The notes under the pieces were generated by a model. It was not told the origin of the DNA, made no database searches, and was given only the letters and a program-made list of their open reading frames with translations. Shown piece by piece: positions 5,809 to 8,906 of a stretch of DNA of 8,906 bases (position 1 is the first letter of the stretch; the number at the start of each line of letters is the position of its first letter). Location of the stretch: the IMG/VR virus record IMGVR_UViG_2690316276_000009, positions 1 to 8,906 of that record. One strand, written 5' to 3'. The stretch is from a virus. Its lineage: Duplodnaviria; Heunggongvirae; Uroviricota; Caudoviricetes. Both the position numbers and the translations under genes were made by a program.

Positions 5809-6867
5809 TTATGCTTTCCACTTCAGAACACCCGAATTTCTCGCGTGCATTAAAAAACGAATCAGCAACAACAGCTGACTGCCGTGTTTCTCTTCAAAAT
5901 CTTTTACTCCGGCATGTAGTTCGTTACGGCATTTACGGCATAACGGAATAACAAACAAATCATCAGCCTTTGTTCCCATCCCTCCCAGTCCATGACCAAT
6001 GATGTGATGCGGATCATCTGCCTGATTGCCACACGTCATGCATTTCTGCGTTTTTACCCAGCGCGTGTATACAGGCATCTCTTCCCGTTGTGATTTCTGG
6101 CGCTGGAGATACTGAGCCGGTGACTCCGGATCAACGGCAATGCTGACCACCGTCTTTTCCTGTGGTGGGTTCTGTTGCTGGTGGACGTGAGGCAGTAACG
6201 CAATATTTTTTGTGCGCTGCTTCAGTATGCTGGTGGCTGTCTGCTCTCCCGGTATGATGTCGCTTTCACTGTACACAGAGCGAATTTTTTCCGCACGCAA
6301 CCCCAGCGAACGACGTAATACCGCTTCCGGTAGCGCGTCCGCCACCTGATTGCGGACCGCCCACCAGGATAATTCAGCCAGAGATAATTCACGCTCCTGC
6401 GTACCGCTTATTGCGTGACCGATGACGTCAATCATCCATGCTGACAGGTTTTGATGAGCAAGTTGCTCGAGTGATTCGGATGTCTGGTCACGCAGCTGGT
6501 TGTCGCAGTGCCAGCACAACACCATTGCGCCGGTACCATAACGGTGAATGACGGTTTCGCTGTGATGATAATCGCCGTGTGGCCACTGGCAGGATTTAAT
6601 ATGGCGCAACAGCCAGTCAGACAATGCACCAGCACCACCAGCAGCACGAATCACCCGTGCGTTACTGAAAAACGGCAGCAATGTTTTGTCTTCCACCAGC
6701 GGCTGGCGAGCGGCAGGAACGACCCCGGACGGCAGATTACGCATGCTTTTTGGTTCCGGCTCCACCAGTATTCTGCCGTTATGGAATGCTGACATTGATT
6801 CACGGCCTGGCTTAACGATAACCAGACCGAGTTCCGGTACCAGAACAGGTCGAAGTAATACCCGCAC
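5809..6867 (-). CDS. DUF968-type phage protein with C-terminal HNH-like Cys/His motif (YdfU-like), 352 aa from GTG
   Basis: GTG start preceded by GGAGGT at good spacing; alternative ATG at 6795. C-terminus CMTCGNQADDPHHIIGHGLGG...LCRKCRNELH looks like an HNH/zinc-finger nuclease motif. Position upstream of the Q-side genes parallels ydfU next to quuQ in the Qin prophage. Family assignment from recall, not a search. Confidence 0.6.
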   Translation of the reverse strand: MRVLLRPVLVPELGLVIVKPGRESMSAFHNGRILVEPEPKSMRNLPSGVVPAARQPLVEDKTLLPFFSNARVIRAAGGAGALSDWLLRHIKSCQWPHGDYHHSETVIHRYGTGAMVLCWHCDNQLRDQTSESLEQLAHQNLSAWMIDVIGHAISGTQERELSLAELSWWAVRNQVADALPEAVLRRSLGLRAEKIRSVYSESDIIPGEQTATSILKQRTKNIALLPHVHQQQNPPQEKTVVSIAVDPESPAQYLQRQKSQREEMPVYTRWVKTQKCMTCGNQADDPHHIIGHGLGGMGTKADDLFVIPLCRKCRNELHAGVKDFEEKHGSQLLLLIRFLMHARNSGVLKWKA

Positions 6868-6868
6868 A

Positions 6869-7147
6869 TTACCTCCAGATCCGTTGCTGGAATGTGCGGG
6901 ACGGACGCGTTGGCCGTTCGGAGTAAGGGAGCCTGACGGAGATTATCCAGTGACGGTAGTCGAGGCTAAGGGCTTTTTTAACCTCGCATCCGCGCCTGCG
7001 GTAACACTGAATGAGCCATTCGGCCTGTTCTTCAGTGCATGGGGGATGCTGGTACCAATCAGATTTAAATGCGTGAGAGCGCCGCCCGTGCCTGCTGGCA
7101 AAGACGGCTGAATTATCAGAATTGTGTAGTCTGGAATTTTGCGCCAT
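6869..7147 (-). CDS. hypothetical small basic protein (92 aa)
   Basis: ATG with GGAG about 9 nt upstream. Stop lies 1 nt before the GTG start of the DUF968 gene. No family recognised. Confidence 0.4.
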   Translation of the reverse strand: MAQNSRLHNSDNSAVFASRHGRRSHAFKSDWYQHPPCTEEQAEWLIQCYRRRGCEVKKALSLDYRHWIISVRLPYSERPTRPSRTFQQRIWR

Positions 7148-7213
7148 CGGCTTTCTCCGGTGGCACAGTGTTACTCAACAGGGGTTCAGCCCTGCGCTGA
7201 ATTGTAGATGAAT

Positions 7214-7474
7214 TCACTCATCTTCAAAAGCAGAAAAACCAGCCTTAATCCCAGCTTCTTTCAGAGACGGCAACGATGTGACAAATTCATTTGCACGCGA
7301 AATAAAACCATCCGTCACAAGCCCATCCACAAAATGAATTAACGCAGCTCCACTCTTCCTTTGTTGAGACTGTAAACATTTAATACGGCAGTGGCTGACA
7401 ATAGCGCCATTCTCAACGCGCACAGTATAGAGGCCATCTTCACTAAAAATTTCACGTAATTCTTCGATTTTCAT
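7214..7474 (-). CDS. hypothetical protein (86 aa from ATG; track ORF starts 1 codon earlier at TTG)
   Basis: ATG preceded by GGAAGGA. Lies between hok and the DUF968 gene, where rem lies in Qin; that is a synteny-only guess and I do not recognise the sequence. Confidence 0.4.
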   Translation of the reverse strand: MKIEELREIFSEDGLYTVRVENGAIVSHCRIKCLQSQQRKSGAALIHFVDGLVTDGFISRANEFVTSLPSLKEAGIKAGFSAFEDE

Positions 7475-7595
7475 CAACAGAATCCTTCCAGATAAATAGC
7501 ACTCCCCTGTTCGGGGTCCATCCCTCTTCTCCCTGCGCGCTACTTAAGTATTTTTGATTCTATTCCGGCACCATCTAAAACTTCAAACGCGTTGA

Positions 7596-7626
7596 AAATA
7601 AAAACAAAAACCCGCCGAAGCGGGTT
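7596..7626 (-). terminator. rho-independent terminator about 70 nt downstream of hok
   Basis: Minus strand: AACCCGC-TTCG-GCGGGTT (UUCG tetraloop) followed by TTTTTGTTTTTATTTT. Confidence 0.6.
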
Positions 7627-7694
7627 AAGTGTGGGTGCATTGAGGATGCCTGACCCATCAGAGGTGGCGAGGGATTTCTCCCCCGCCTGGTCTC

Positions 7695-7850
7695 TTACTC
7701 CTCAGGTTCGTAAGCTGTGAAGACAGCGACCTCCGTCTGGCCGGTTCGAATTCGTACCTCGCAGAGGTCTTTCCTCGTTACCAGTGCCGTCACTATGACG
7801 GTTAAACAGATGACGATCAGGGCGATTAACATCGCCTTTTGCTGCTTCAT
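7695..7850 (-). CDS. hokD: Hok/Gef-family membrane toxin, HokD/RelF-like (51 aa)
   Basis: MKQQKAMLIALIVICLTVIVTALVTRKDLCEVRIRTGQTEVAVFTAYEPEE matches HokD/RelF as I recall it and has the Hok signature (hydrophobic helix, then TRK.LCE.R). AAGGAG lies 9 nt before this ATG. The track ORF extends 19 codons upstream in frame to an ATG at 7907. Confidence 0.85.
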   Translation of the reverse strand: MKQQKAMLIALIVICLTVIVTALVTRKDLCEVRIRTGQTEVAVFTAYEPEE

Positions 7851-8141
7851 AGCCTGCTTCTCCTTGCCTTTCGGCACGTAAGAGGCTAACCTAGATTTGC
7901 CGTTCATAGATTGAGCCTCAGATTAATGTTAAGCGTCTTGCCGGACGCGTAATGTTAACTGGGGCTTTTCTCTATCTGCCTTTTGGTGTTCATGCCTGAG
8001 ACAGATAGCCTCAAGCACCCGCTGCAATTCTACTTAACTCTCCTTTTCCCGCAAACCGTTTTTATCCCCAGCGGCAAATCGAATACACCACCAGCGCCAC
8101 CGCCATCGCAATTCCTACCGTTGTTAATGCTTCAGGCCAGG

Positions 8142-8486
8142 TCATCGTAAAATATCCTCCACGCTTATCAGTCCGTTCCGCTCCAGATAACTCATCGCCT
8201 TATCCGGTAATTTGCAGTCTGGCTTCGCTTTTCTCAGTTGCCAGGTTAACTGCTTTACCAGCATGGTTAACTCATCGACCAGACGCTGATATCCCACTGG
8301 TTTGTATTCATGCAATTTACCGGCTGGCTCTGCTGCCAGCGATACCAGTGCGATTTCCAGAACAGCAATATCCATCTTATATGTGCGGATGATGTCATGG
8401 TCGATTGTGCCCGGTATGCACAGTCTCTGTGCTTCAATAGTCTCCTCTGCGTGAGCTATTAACTGCTCTCTGGTAAAAGTCGTCAT
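8142..8486 (-). CDS. hypothetical protein (114 aa), downstream member of a coupled pair
   Basis: ATG overlaps the stop of the upstream 55-aa ORF (ATGA). N-terminus MTTFTREQL... and the internal [10 protein letters not shown] parallel the 55-aa partner (MTTITKERI..., [10 protein letters not shown]). No family recognised. Confidence 0.5.
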   Translation of the reverse strand: MTTFTREQLIAHAEETIEAQRLCIPGTIDHDIIRTYKMDIAVLEIALVSLAAEPAGKLHEYKPVGYQRLVDELTMLVKQLTWQLRKAKPDCKLPDKAMSYLERNGLISVEDILR

Positions 8487-8650
8487 GCCGTAGCCCCTTC
8501 TTGATATTTTTCAAACCAGAACACAACCGGCTCTGCTTCCAGCGATGCCAGCGCAATCCGTGCCAGTTCCATTTGTTCACCACGGGTAAGCCCGTTTTCA
8601 AGCGGGTTTTTAATGAACAATTCAATACGTTCTTTGGTAATAGTGGTCAT
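8483..8650 (-). CDS. hypothetical small protein (55 aa), upstream member of a coupled pair; absent from the ORF track
   Basis: Hand translation of the minus strand: [55 protein letters not shown]. Perfect AAGGAG 7 nt before the ATG at 8648-8650; stop TGA overlaps the ATG of the 114-aa ORF. Confidence 0.5.
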   Translation of the reverse strand: MTTITKERIELFIKNPLENGLTRGEQMELARIALASLEAEPVVFWFEKYQEGATA

Positions 8651-8660
8651 GTGTTACTCC

Positions 8661-8906
8661 TTAACCCGCAGTGCTTTCAACTGATGAGGGGAACAAAATC
8701 TTTTCATCAAACCCTGCATTCATATCATGAACAGCAACACACCAATCCATCGACGAACGATTATCAAGAGCCTCCATGATTTCATCCATGCGGCGTAGGT
8801 CATACAGGTAAATGCTTTTATCGCCAATGGTGTAAAAGCCAATTTTTTTCGGTGATGGATGAGGTGTACTGGCAATAGCGGACACTACCATTTGTTCTTT
8901 TTTTAA
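8661..8906 (-). CDS. hypothetical protein, 5'-partial (frame open to the window edge)
   Basis: Track ORF 8661-8891 has no in-frame stop between 8891 and the window end, so the gene probably starts outside the window. Stop TAA at 8661-8663, just before the Shine-Dalgarno of the 55-aa ORF. Confidence 0.35.
   Translation of the reverse strand, partial: LKKEQMVVSAIASTPHPSPKKIGFYTIGDKSIYLYDLRRMDEIMEALDNRSSMDWCVAVHDMNAGFDEKILFPSSVESTAG

Larger units (their letters stand above)
5199..5810. repeat. repeat copy C of the rusA-Q module (diverged, scattered substitutions)
   Basis: Aligns with 3396-4007. The rusA protein differs at the N-terminus and at about 6 internal positions; upstream context is different (DUF968 gene instead of the small ORF). 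Confidence 0.8.

Noticed and set aside
1555-5810. The repeated segments as a CRISPR array or other short direct-repeat element
   Set aside because: The repeat units are about 1.2 kb, protein-coding and diverged; there are no short regular repeats with unique spacers.
6432-7111. ORFs 6432-6647, 6508-6792, 6651-6869 and 6686-7111 overlapping the DUF968 and 92-aa genes
   Set aside because: Overlapping frames within a longer, better-supported minus-strand gene with a strong Shine-Dalgarno; no independent signals.
7148-7213. Short hairpin CAGGG-gttcag-CCCTG after the 86-aa ORF as a terminator
   Set aside because: Only a 5-bp stem and no U-tract on the minus strand.
7851-7907. Upstream ATG at 7907 as the true start of a 70-aa Hok
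   Set aside because: Hok-family toxins are about 50 aa and the strong AAGGAG sits just before the internal ATG at 7850; the extension may matter as a regulatory upstream frame but is unlikely to be part of the toxin.
8434-8779. ORFs 8434-8625 (minus) and 8501-8779 (plus) overlapping the 55-aa ORF
   Set aside because: The 55-aa frame has a perfect Shine-Dalgarno and stop-start coupling with the 114-aa ORF, which the competing frames lack.

Overview
Every supportable gene lies on the minus strand. The window reads as the nin-to-Q (late-proximal) segment of lambdoid prophage DNA of the E. coli/Shigella type, but it is not one clean locus. A rusA-Q module occurs three times as diverged paralogues (1555-2780, 2883-3999, 5199-5808), and the copies are joined at single-N positions (2882, 5198); a 45-N scaffold gap sits at 886-930. 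The arrangement is therefore either a real tandem/mosaic structure or a scaffolding artefact from several similar prophages in one genome, and I cannot tell which from sequence alone. Read on the minus strand from the right edge: a 5'-partial ORF, then a translationally coupled pair of small ORFs (55 aa and 114 aa) with a shared N-terminal motif, then a hokD/relF-type toxin gene with an intrinsic terminator, two small ORFs, a DUF968/HNH-like protein, rusA, and a truncated Q. Further left are a 5' IS2 fragment (insC intact, insD truncated), an 80-85 aa ORF, rusA, a chimeric Q, rusA again, and a full-length lambda-family Q with an expanded Cys-rich zinc-binding region. Downstream of that Q are a terminator, a 65-aa HTH-like ORF, a second terminator, the start of a DNA methyltransferase gene cut by the gap, a tRNA-Arg(UCU), and an AT-rich region at the position where Stx phages carry toxin morons. 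The most interesting candidate for something undescribed is the coupled 55/114-aa pair sitting where relBE sits upstream of hokD in the Qin prophage. All protein identifications are from motif recognition and recall, not from database searches.
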